Shown: positions 19,982 through 27,804, numbered from the stretch's first letter. The stretch is 32,000 bases of DNA from Megasphaera elsdenii DSM 20460 (GCF_003010495.1 NZ_CP027570.1:1230001-1262000), one strand, 5' to 3'. The notes: generated by a model from the sequence alone, not told the origin. Made by a program: numbers and translations.

Positions 19982-20117
19982 GGCAGTCACCTCAAAAAAA
20001 GCGAATTTTGCTATCTGATGATTCTGAGACCTCAAAAAATGGAAATTTTGAGGTTTCACTTTTATTATACTCGGCAATTGATAATATGAACAGTATAGTG
20101 CTCAGATTGCAGGTGGC

Positions 20118-20230
20118 CGGTCGCAAAAAAACGGCCAGCGACCGTATAGGTAGGGGACGCCCGGAGGGCGTCCCGCTGTGATATTCGATTGCAGCCTATT
20201 CGGGTTTAATGGTATGCTTTTTGATTACGA
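20118..20230 (+). repeat. REP unit (diverged copy)
   Basis: AAAAAAACGGCCAGCGACCGTATAGGTAGGGGACGCCCGGAGGGCGTCCCGCTGTGATATTCGATTGCAGCCTATTCGGGTTTAATGG. Confidence 0.65.
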
Positions 20231-20249
20231 ATAACGCGCCGCGGCCTTT

Positions 20250-20629
20250 CCTCGGACTCAGATGCGGCGTTCCGCCGCGACAGGCTCAAATTAACAACGA
20301 CGCTTCGGGAAACTCTCAGCGCGTAGCGGGACGCCCTCCGAAATATCCTCCGGGACGTCCCCTACGAAATCGCATACAGGCGATGGGAATGAACGCAGTT
20401 ACAGGGCACAAAAAAAACACGGCCTGTGGCCGTATGCGTAGGGGACGCCCAAAGGGCGTCCCGTTGTGATATTCGACCACAGCCCATTCGAGTATAATGG
20501 CAGGCTTTTACGAGCCACGAGCCACGAACAACGAACCACGAGCCACGATTTTTTCCACGAGCCGAGGGTCACTCGAGGCGATGTCGTCATTCTGAGCCTG
20601 TTGCCGCATAGCGGCATCTGAGTCCGAGG
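20250..20629. mobile_element. MITE-like element, copy 2 (380 bp), in direct orientation relative to copy 1
   Basis: It is near-identical by eye to 18358-18731, with a handful of substitutions, and has 6 rather than 5 heptads (20510-20551). The shared flank continues to about 20676 (compare 18775). Confidence 0.75.
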
Positions 20630-20785
20630 CGGCCTGCGAACTGCAGCCTGCGACCGGCGGGGCCGTCAGGGCCCAACATACTATTTGCGAAATATTTTTC
20701 TTGCTATTCATGGGGGAATTGCGTACAATAGGGCTGTACTATTTTACAATATCAATGCAAAGGAAGAGGATAGGGAGAGAAGAAT

Positions 20786-22945
20786 ATGAAACATTTGAAG
20801 ATAGCTTACAGCTTTGATGTACAGTATTATTTCGTTGACAGCGACCGGGAAATCGTTCCTATTGAGCAGACGGATTTCACCGATGTGGCCGTAGCGGTTA
20901 TTTCGGACCAGGATTTTGCCTACATCGACAAGATCGATGAAACGGGATTCGGAATTCCCATCATGGTCATCATGCCGGGCGGCGAGAAGATGCCGGACCA
21001 ATATATTGATAAAGTCGATGTCGTCTTTACGGAAGAAATGGTCAATAAGAGCCGCTGCATTTCGACAGCCGAACGGTTGGCCAGCCGTTATGAACATGCT
21101 GTGCTGCCGCCGTTTTTTGCCGACCTCGTCGATTATGTCAGTGAAAAGAATACGCCTTTTGACTGCCCGGGCCACCAAGATGGCCTGTTTTTCAAGAAGC
21201 ATCCGGCAGGACGCTATCTTTATGATTTTTATGGACCTCATATTTTTCAATCCGATATCTGCAATGCCGATGTAACCCTTGGTGATTTGCTCATTCACGA
21301 AGGGCCGGCCTTGGAAGCCCAGGATTTTGCAGCCCAAGTCTTCCATGCAGACAAGACTTATTTCGTCCTCAATGGGTCTTCGTCGTCTAATAAGGTCGTC
21401 ACCAACGCCCTTTTGACGCCAGGGGACCTGGTCCTTTATGACCGCAACAATCACAAGTCCGTGGCCCTCGGGGCCCTCATCCAGGCCGGGGCGACGCCGG
21501 TTTATTTGGAAACGGCCCGCAATCCCTATGGTTTTATCGGCGGCATTGACGCCCATTGCTTCGATGAAACGTATCTGCGCCAATTGGCAGCCGAACGGGA
21601 TCCGGAAAAAGCTAAGGCCCAACGACCTTTCCGCCTGGCTGTTATCCAGCTCGGTACTTATGACGGGACGCTGTATAATGCCCGCTATGTCGTCGACCGT
21701 ATCGGTCATCTCTGCGATTATATCCTCTTTGATTCGGCCTGGGTCGGCTATGAACAATTCATTCCTATGCTCAAGGACTGCTCGCCGCTGCTCCTCGATT
21801 TGCATGAAGATGACCCGGGAATCATGGTCGTCCAGTCGGTCCATAAGCAGCAGGCCGGTTTTTCTCAGGCTTCGCAGATTCACAAAAAGGATAATCATAT
21901 CCATAACCAGTCACGCTACTGTAACCACAAGACTTTCAACAACGCCTTCATGGCCAACGCCTCGACGAGTCCTTTTTATCCTATGTTCGCAACGATTGCC
22001 GTCAATGCCAAAATCCATGCCGGTGCGGCTGGCCGCAAGATGTGGATGGACTGTGTGAAAATGGGTATCGAAGCCCGCAAGGATATCCTGCGCCGCTGCC
22101 ATTATATCCGGCCTTTCGTAGCGCCGACGGTCCACGGCAAACCCTGGCAGGATGGCAATACCGATGACATGGCCAATGACCTGGCTTATTTCACCTTTGA
22201 ACCGGACGCCAAATGGCATGCCTTCGAAGGCTACGGGCCGGGACAATATCTCGTCGACCCGTGCAAGCTCCTCTTGACGACGCCAGGCATCAACGCCGAA
22301 TCGGGACAGTACGAGGATTTCGGCATCCATGCCAATATCTTGGCGACGTATCTGCGCGGCAACGGCGTCATTCCGGAAAAATGCGATTTGAACTCAATCC
22401 TTTTCTTGCTGACACCGGCTGAAAATAAGAATAAGATGCGCCTCCTCGTATCCCAGCTGGTCCGCTTCGAACGCTTCGTCGACCATGACGTCCCCATGCA
22501 GGAAGTCCTTCTCGGCGTCTACAACTCGCATCCGGACCGCTATGCAGGCTATACAATCCGCCAGCTTTGCCAGGAAATGCACGATTTCTATAAGGTACGG
22601 AACGTCAAGGACCTGCAGAAGAAACTTTTCCGCCGCCAATACTTCCCGGAATACGCCATGAATGCCCAGGAAGCGCAATACGCCTTTATCCGTGGCCAGG
22701 GCGAACTCGTGCCCCTCGATGAAATCGAAGGCCGTATCGCCCTCGAAGGGGCCCTGCCCTATCCGCCGGGCGTCCTCTGCGTCGTCCCGGGTGAACGCTG
22801 GTCCCATACGGCCGTCCAGTACTTCAAGGCATTGGAAGAAGGCCTCAATGAATTGCCAGGTTTCGCCTCGGAAATCCAGGGCGTCTACCTGGAAAAAGAA
22901 GACGACGGCCGCATCCACGCTTATGGGTATGTGCTGAAGGAATAG
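20786..22945 (+). CDS. Large PLP-dependent Orn/Lys/Arg decarboxylase (SpeC/CadA/AdiA family)
   Basis: It is 719 aa with an N-terminal wing-type domain and the PLP-lysine motif SVHKQQAGFSQAS. The substrate cannot be assigned from the sequence alone. Its position next to the arg genes hints at ornithine. Confidence 0.85.
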   Translation: MKHLKIAYSFDVQYYFVDSDREIVPIEQTDFTDVAVAVISDQDFAYIDKIDETGFGIPIMVIMPGGEKMPDQYIDKVDVVFTEEMVNKSRCISTAERLASRYEHAVLPPFFADLVDYVSEKNTPFDCPGHQDGLFFKKHPAGRYLYDFYGPHIFQSDICNADVTLGDLLIHEGPALEAQDFAAQVFHADKTYFVLNGSSSSNKVVTNALLTPGDLVLYDRNNHKSVALGALIQAGATPVYLETARNPYGFIGGIDAHCFDETYLRQLAAERDPEKAKAQRPFRLAVIQLGTYDGTLYNARYVVDRIGHLCDYILFDSAWVGYEQFIPMLKDCSPLLLDLHEDDPGIMVVQSVHKQQAGFSQASQIHKKDNHIHNQSRYCNHKTFNNAFMANASTSPFYPMFATIAVNAKIHAGAAGRKMWMDCVKMGIEARKDILRRCHYIRPFVAPTVHGKPWQDGNTDDMANDLAYFTFEPDAKWHAFEGYGPGQYLVDPCKLLLTTPGINAESGQYEDFGIHANILATYLRGNGVIPEKCDLNSILFLLTPAENKNKMRLLVSQLVRFERFVDHDVPMQEVLLGVYNSHPDRYAGYTIRQLCQEMHDFYKVRNVKDLQKKLFRRQYFPEYAMNAQEAQYAFIRGQGELVPLDEIEGRIALEGALPYPPGVLCVVPGERWSHTAVQYFKALEEGLNELPGFASEIQGVYLEKEDDGRIHAYGYVLKE

Positions 22946-22959
22946 TGCGGTACGAAATC

Positions 22960-23100
22960 TCGTCAAATGCGTAACGGGCTCGCCACGTGCGAGCCCCTAC
23001 ATCGAATACGGGATTCCTGCAAATACTTTTTTATGTCAAATGGGAATTGTCCCCAAACAGCGTAGGGGTCGCCATGTGGGCGACCCGCGTGAATTTTGTG
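22960..23100. repeat. REP hairpins plus a fragment of the 393-776 element arm
   Basis: GGGCTCGCCACGTGCGAGCCCC and GTAGGGGTCGCCATGTGGGCGACCCGCGTGAATTTTGTGTATAGCCTGAATTTATGACA. Compare 656-715. Confidence 0.6.
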
Positions 23101-23120
23101 TATAGCCTGAATTTATGACA

Positions 23121-23170
23121 AAAGGGATTGTACATGATGACGTTTGCCATCATGTACAATCCCTTTTCGT
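23121..23170. terminator. Bidirectional terminator between the convergent decarboxylase and metF genes
   Basis: A 16-bp perfect stem, GGGATTGTACATGATG / CATCATGTACAATCCC, is flanked by an A-run and a T-run. Confidence 0.85.
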
Positions 23171-23179
23171 GTGTTTTTT

Positions 23180-23252
23180 ACGATGAACGAACTGTGGGCC
23201 GCCGTTATGGCGGCCCCTACGATGAACGACGAACGGCCTACGATGAACGATG
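23180..23252. repeat. Heptads flanking a REP hairpin
   Basis: ACGATGA ACGAACT, then GTGGGCCGCCGTTATGGCGGCCCC, then TACGATG AACGACG AACGGCC TACGATG AACGATG. Confidence 0.6.
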
Positions 23253-23256
23253 CCCT

Positions 23257-24111
23257 CTACAACAATGTCTTGACAGCTTCGGCGATTTTTTTTGCGATAT
23301 ACGGGTTATTCATGGTGTAGACGTGGATGCCGTCTACGCCGTTAGCCAGGAGATCGGCAATCTGGTCGACGGCGTAGGCGATGCCGATATCGCGCATGGA
23401 TTCGGGAGTGTCACCGTATTTGGCAATGGCCCGCTGGAATTTGATGGGGAGCGTGGCGCCGCACATGGTGACCATGCGTTCGATTTGAGCTTTGTTAGTG
23501 ACGGGCATGATGCCGGCTTCGATGGGAACATTGATACCGGCAATTTCACAACGTTCGAGGAAGCGGTAGAAAAGGGCGTTGTCGAAGAAGAGCTGGGAAA
23601 TGAGTTCGCTAGCGCCGGCGTCGACTTTGGTCTTCAAGTTGCGGATGTCGGCGGCCAGGGTCTTAGCTTCGGTATGCCCTTCAGGGTAGCAGGCGCCGAT
23701 GACGTTGAATTCCGGCGCTTGTTCTTTGATGAAGGCCACAAGGTCGCTGGCGTGTTCGAAGTCGTGCGCCCGTTCGCGGCCCGGGACTTCATCGCCACGC
23801 AGGGCCAGGATGTTTTCGATGCCGGCTTCTTTCAGTTCTTTCAGGTCCTGCAAGGCTGCTTCTTTCGTCAGGTAGATGCAGGGCATGTGAGCGGCTGTTT
23901 CGCAGCCCAGGGCTTTGATGCGGCTGGCGACTTCGACCGTGCGGTTGCCGCCGGTACCGCCGGCGCCGCAGGTGACGCTGATGAAGTCCGGATGGAGTTT
24001 GCTCAGTTCTTCCAGCGTCGGATAGACCGTTTCGATGGGAATATCCTTCTTCGGCGGAAAGACTTCAAAAGAAAAGACCGTTTTTTTGGCAAAAAGCTCG
24101 TTCGTATGCAT
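23257..24111 (-). CDS. metF: 5,10-methylenetetrahydrofolate reductase
   Basis: It is 284 aa with an N-terminus FSFEVFPPKK, and the segments ISVTCGAGGT, ALRGD and GIHVYTMN are typical of MetF. The RBS is GGGGGA. Confidence 0.9.
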   Translation of the reverse strand: MHTNELFAKKTVFSFEVFPPKKDIPIETVYPTLEELSKLHPDFISVTCGAGGTGGNRTVEVASRIKALGCETAAHMPCIYLTKEAALQDLKELKEAGIENILALRGDEVPGRERAHDFEHASDLVAFIKEQAPEFNVIGACYPEGHTEAKTLAADIRNLKTKVDAGASELISQLFFDNALFYRFLERCEIAGINVPIEAGIMPVTNKAQIERMVTMCGATLPIKFQRAIAKYGDTPESMRDIGIAYAVDQIADLLANGVDGIHVYTMNNPYIAKKIAEAVKTLL

Positions 24112-24154
24112 ATATTGTTTCCCCCTTGATTTTACAGAATTCCGTGGACTGCAT

Positions 24155-24211
24155 GATGAAAAGCAACCCCTCAGTCAGCTGCGCTGACAGCTCCCCTATT
24201 AGGGGAGCCTT
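24155..24211 (-). repeat. Conserved double-hairpin element, copy B (in the metF 5' leader)
   Basis: The minus strand reads AAGGCTCCCCTAATAGGGGAGCTG-TCAGC-GCA-GCTGA-CTGAGGGGTTGCTTTT, which parallels 5131-5185. Confidence 0.6.
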
Positions 24212-24309
24212 CCAGACAATAATCATTGTAAACAAAAGGACCGCCGCGAGCGCGACAGCCCTTTTCGGATACTTTCATTATATGGGATAACGAAGTCAAT
24301 GTCCAGCTG

Positions 24310-25140
24310 TTAGAAGCTCGGCAGGATAGCACCCTGGTATTTGTCTTCGATGAATTTCTTGATTTCCGGAGACTGGAGGGCTTTGACGAGTTTCTGGATT
24401 TCCGGACGGTTTTCATCACCTTCGCGGATGACGAGGACGTTGGCATACGGCGAATCCTTCGGTTCCAGGAAGAGCGCGTCTTTCAGCGGATTGAGACCGG
24501 CTTCCATAGCAAAGTTGGTATTGATCAAGGCGATGTCTACGTCATCGATGGAACGGGGAATCTGAGCGGCTTCGAGTTCGACGAACTGGAGGTGTTTATC
24601 GTTCTTTTCGACGTCCTGTACGGTCGACGTGATGTTACCGCCATCTTTCAAGCCGATGAGGCCGGCACTCTGCAAGATGAGGAGGGCGCGGCCGCCGTTG
24701 GTCGGGTCATTGGGGATGGCGACTTTGGCGCCGTCAGCGACGTCTTTCAAGTCCTTGACTTTATGGGAATAAATGCCCATTGGTTCGACGTGGATCTTAG
24801 CGATGGCTTTCAATTTTGTGCCGTGTTCGCTATTGAATTTGTCGAGGTACGGTGAATGCTGGAAGAAGTTGGCGTCGATTTCCTTATCGTTCAGGGCCAG
24901 GTTCGGTTTGACATAGTCCGTGAATTCGACGACTTTCAGGTCGACCCCTTCTTTGGCCAGGAGCGGTTTGACTTCATTCAGGATTTCACCGTGCGGTACG
25001 GGCGTGGCGCCGACGGTGACTGTCGTGTTCTTGGAAGACGAGCCGCTGGAAGCGGAATCACTGCCGCAGCCGGCAGCCAGGACGGCGATGGCCAGCAGGG
25101 CTGAAGCGGCGAGAATGGAAAGTTTCTTGAGATTTTTCAT
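24310..25140 (-). CDS. metQ: MetQ/NlpA-family methionine-binding lipoprotein
   Basis: The lipobox LAAGCGS is present, with family-wide similarity to the paralog at 26971-27804 (IPNDPTNGGRAL, EAAQIPRS). The RBS is AGGAGG. Confidence 0.88.
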   Translation of the reverse strand: MKNLKKLSILAASALLAIAVLAAGCGSDSASSGSSSKNTTVTVGATPVPHGEILNEVKPLLAKEGVDLKVVEFTDYVKPNLALNDKEIDANFFQHSPYLDKFNSEHGTKLKAIAKIHVEPMGIYSHKVKDLKDVADGAKVAIPNDPTNGGRALLILQSAGLIGLKDGGNITSTVQDVEKNDKHLQFVELEAAQIPRSIDDVDIALINTNFAMEAGLNPLKDALFLEPKDSPYANVLVIREGDENRPEIQKLVKALQSPEIKKFIEDKYQGAILPSF

Positions 25141-25169
25141 AAAGATTCCTCCTAATGATGTAGTATAGA

Positions 25170-25400
25170 CTTTTCTGTTCCGTCATTATCCTTGAACCTC
25201 TCCCGCTTATAGAAGCGGGAGATTCTTGAGAAATTTGATACATGGACTAACGCCTGACAGCCTATTCCAAAGGAGTTAGCTGTCAGGATATCCTTATTCT
25301 CAAAGGGCTGTCCAAAAGCCCCTTACACAGTCCCTCGAAATCGAAGTTCTGCTTACTTTTACGGAGTATGTTGTATGCTCCATTCACATCCGCGTTGGCC
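25170..25400 (-). ncRNA. Putative omega/reRNA of TnpB (3' end of tnpB plus RE); not demonstrated
   Basis: This is by analogy with characterised TnpB systems. Hairpins lie at 25253-25287 (CCTGACAGC...GCTGTCAGG, spanning the stop codon) and at 25199-25222. Confidence 0.3.
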
Positions 25401-26700
25401 ATCCTGCCATCGGCGAACTGGTACAAGCCACGGTGGATACGCTTCCCACTGAACGTGCCAGTATACGGCTGTTCAGGATTATAGACAGGAATATCGTCTA
25501 AATCCAAGCAACTTGCTTGAGAAGTGTAAGATTCTTCCTGTTCGATATATCGCATACCGTAACGCTCGCAAAGTCCTTCCAGTGTTTCACGCAGATTACC
25601 GAAACTGATTTGCGTAAACTGCTGGTTGGTTATCCTACCCAGGTCGATACTACGTTTAAAGTCACCGTTATAACCACAGACGATGGTTCCGATACGGTGT
25701 TCGATACAGTAGTTGATGATATAGCGGGCAACCTTGCGGAGGTAGTCCTGTGTCCGATTATTACGTTTTCTTGCTAAGGCATAGAGCCTGTGCGTTTTCT
25801 TCTGTCCTTGTTTGTCGGCAATCCCCTGATAGTAGGCTTTCTGCTTGTTCCAATACTGGTTGATTGATTTAAGTTTACGCCCGTCCATGATGAACGCCGT
25901 CCCGGTGTTGGTCACGCAAGTTGCCAGATTTTCAAGACCGATGTCGATAGCAAGGACATTGTCCGGTGAAACGTCTTGAGGTTCTTTCTCCTGAAGATAG
26001 TAATACTGGATTTTGAAGTATCTGCCATTATATATGGGACAGATACGGACTTCCTTGATGGTTTTCTCTTTCAGTCTTGCAGGGAAAGGGATTTTGATTG
26101 GCTTACGGCCATGCCGTTTAGAAAATCCCCGACTCATGGGGATCGTCAAGAATCCATCTTTTACGTTTATGGCGTTCGTGGAGAGAATCAGGTTGAACAT
26201 GCCGCCTTTTTCCCGATAGTGAGGCATTTTGATGTCCTTGAAGCGATATTCTCCTGATTTTGCCTTTTTTATGAGATTGAAGAATGACTTGAAACTGCGG
26301 TCAGCCACCTTCAATATCTGCTGAGACACGCCAGCCTGCAACAGACCGTAGTTTTCGTTTTCCTTGCAGACATGGTAATTTTCTTCGTATTTCAAGAACT
26401 TCTTCTCTTGGAAATAGTATTGCCTGATGTTGTAGAGAGCCACGTTGTAGAGGTTGTTGCTGTATTGGCACATCTCCCGCAGCATGGCATATTCTTCTTT
26501 GGAAAGATTTCTGATGACATTTGATTGAGTAAGATACACATTTTTCACCTCCTTTTTTATTATATGATTATTATGTGGGAAATAGTGATGATTTTTAAGA
26601 TGAGTTACAGCGTTTTTGTGCTTTTTACGGGCCTTGGACCCACTCAAGCACCGCCATTCATCCCCCACCTAAGAGGTGGGAGTCTTCTGGCGGGAAAAGA
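25192..26700 (-). mobile_element. IS200/IS605-family TnpB-only (IS1341-like) element; ends are approximate
   Basis: tnpB is flanked by related CTCCC-type subterminal hairpins: the LE side at 26662-26682 and the RE side at 25199-25222. There is no tnpA. GC content is lower than in the flanks. TTCAA lies just outside the RE hairpin. Confidence 0.75.
25283..26539 (-). CDS. tnpB: TnpB (IS605 OrfB) RNA-guided endonuclease family protein
   Basis: The RuvC-like residues are in LAIDIGLEN, EESYTSQ and NADVNGAYNI. The GTG start at 26539 lies 8 nt after AGGAGG. The longer ORF-track start at 26668 has no RBS and runs into the LE hairpin. Confidence 0.88.
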   Translation of the reverse strand: MYLTQSNVIRNLSKEEYAMLREMCQYSNNLYNVALYNIRQYYFQEKKFLKYEENYHVCKENENYGLLQAGVSQQILKVADRSFKSFFNLIKKAKSGEYRFKDIKMPHYREKGGMFNLILSTNAINVKDGFLTIPMSRGFSKRHGRKPIKIPFPARLKEKTIKEVRICPIYNGRYFKIQYYYLQEKEPQDVSPDNVLAIDIGLENLATCVTNTGTAFIMDGRKLKSINQYWNKQKAYYQGIADKQGQKKTHRLYALARKRNNRTQDYLRKVARYIINYCIEHRIGTIVCGYNGDFKRSIDLGRITNQQFTQISFGNLRETLEGLCERYGMRYIEQEESYTSQASCLDLDDIPVYNPEQPYTGTFSGKRIHRGLYQFADGRMANADVNGAYNILRKSKQNFDFEGLCKGLLDSPLRIRIS

Positions 26701-26736
26701 TAAAAAAGACCTCTTTCCGAAAGAGAAAGAGGTTTG
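26701..26736 (-). terminator. Expression-platform terminator of the SAM-I riboswitch
   Basis: The minus strand reads ACCTCTTTC-TCTTTCG-GAAAGAGGT followed by CTTTTTTA. Confidence 0.85.
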
Positions 26737-26745
26737 ATGGCTGAT

Positions 26746-26840
26746 TCTTTATCTCTCGGAATAATCCGCAGGAATTGGCACCGTCGTTATCGGTTGCCGG
26801 GCTTCATAGGGCCAGTCCCTCCACCACTCTGGATAAATGT
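26746..26840 (-). promoter_or_regulatory. SAM-I (S-box) riboswitch aptamer
   Basis: The minus strand reads TTATCCAGAGTGGTGGAGGGACTGGCCCTATGAAGCCCGGCAACCGATAACGACGGTGCCAATTCCTGCGGATTATTCCGAGAGATAAAG. This matches the S-box consensus almost position for position. Confidence 0.92.
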
Positions 26841-26864
26841 CGTTCTAAAGTTGTCTTGATTCTT

Positions 26865-26892
26865 AGTTTATCATGGATAGGCTATTTGTCAA
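26865..26892 (-). promoter_or_regulatory. Putative promoter driving the riboswitch
   Basis: On the minus strand: TTGACA (26892-26887), a 16-nt spacer, TAAACT (26870-26865). Confidence 0.4.
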
Positions 26893-26909
26893 GGTCTATC
26901 TTAAGGGCA

Positions 26910-26938
26910 TTGACAAAACTATACTAAAAGCGTAGTAT
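26910..26938 (+). promoter_or_regulatory. Putative divergent promoter of the second metQ
   Basis: TTGACA at 26910-26915, a 17-nt spacer, TAGTAT at 26933-26938. Confidence 0.45.
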
Positions 26939-26970
26939 TTAGACAACAATCTAAAGAGGGGGAATCAGTT

Positions 26971-27804
26971 ATGATTCAATGGAAAAAGAAATTTTTACCG
27001 CTTGCCTTATTAGCCGTATTGGCTGTCGGCCTTGCCGGTTGCGGCGGTCAGGGGGATAATGGCCAGAGTGCCGGCAGCAGCGACAAGGAAATCAAGATCG
27101 GAGCCACAGCGGGTCCTCATGCTGAAGTCGTCGAAGCCGTGGCTAAGGAAGCAGAAAAACAGGGGATTCACATCAAAGTCGTCGAATTTTCCGACTACAT
27201 TACGCCGGACAAGGCCCTGGCTGATGGAGATATTGACTTGGTCAGCTACCAGCATAAGCCATTCCTGGATAATTTCAATAAGCAGAATGGTACGGATTTA
27301 GTACCTATTGGCAACACGATCCTCATGCGCATGGGGATTTACAGCGATAAATATAAGAGTGTCGACGCTTTGCCCGACGGAGCTGTCATTGCTATCCCCA
27401 ATGACCCGACTAACGGCGGCCGCGGCTTGGCGCTCCTTCAGCGCGCAGGGCTGCTGAAACTTAAAGAGGGCGTAGGATTCAAGGCTACGCCGGCTGATGT
27501 CGTCGATAATCCCAAGCATTTCCAGTTCAAAGAAATCGAAGCGGCCCAGCTGCCGCGCAGCCTCGGTGACGTCGATGCGGCTGTCATTACTATGAACTAC
27601 GTCATGAGCGCCGGCCTTAACGTCAAGGAACAGGGCATCTTCTTGGAACCGAAAGACGAACCGCTGGCCGTCATGGTCCTGGCTGTCCGAGCTCAAGATA
27701 AGGATAATCCGACATACAAGAAGATTGCTGAAATCTTCCATTCCGATGGCGTCAAGAAATTCATTGCCGACAAGTACAACGGTACGATTGAACCGGCTGA
27801 ATAA
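26971..27804 (+). CDS. metQ: MetQ/NlpA-family lipoprotein, second paralog
   Basis: The lipobox LAGCGG is present, along with IPNDPTNGGRGL and EAAQLPRS. The RBS is GAGGGGGA. Confidence 0.88.
   Translation: MIQWKKKFLPLALLAVLAVGLAGCGGQGDNGQSAGSSDKEIKIGATAGPHAEVVEAVAKEAEKQGIHIKVVEFSDYITPDKALADGDIDLVSYQHKPFLDNFNKQNGTDLVPIGNTILMRMGIYSDKYKSVDALPDGAVIAIPNDPTNGGRGLALLQRAGLLKLKEGVGFKATPADVVDNPKHFQFKEIEAAQLPRSLGDVDAAVITMNYVMSAGLNVKEQGIFLEPKDEPLAVMVLAVRAQDKDNPTYKKIAEIFHSDGVKKFIADKYNGTIEPAE

Noticed and set aside
18236-20676. Possible CRISPR array, considered because of the many short repeats and palindromes
   Set aside because: There is no constant 28-37-bp repeat alternating with unique spacers. The repeats are 7-nt microsatellites, REP hairpins and about 380-bp elements, and no cas genes are present.
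20690-20785. A promoter for the decarboxylase gene (TTGCGT...TACAAT candidates)
   Set aside because: The spacer lengths of the candidate -35/-10 pairs are off (about 18-20 nt). The support is not good enough to report.
23128-24129. A 333-aa plus-strand ORF opposite metF
   Set aside because: It is a shadow of metF. It starts inside the bidirectional terminator hairpin, and its translation is repetitive and D/G/A/F-rich with no recognisable family.
24271-24300. A promoter-like TGGACA-17-TATAAT on the minus strand, right after the metQ stop
   Set aside because: The motif is present, but an imperfect hairpin with a T-run (about 24225-24262) follows it before metF. I cannot tell whether this is an internal promoter plus attenuator or simply the metQ terminator region, so I did not call it as a feature.
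26540-26668. The longer tnpB start (26668), and similarly the longer Fic start (20077)
   Set aside because: Both extensions lack an RBS and overlap the LE hairpin or leader structures. Internal starts (GTG 26539 and ATG 19981) follow strong SD sequences and give family-typical N-termini.
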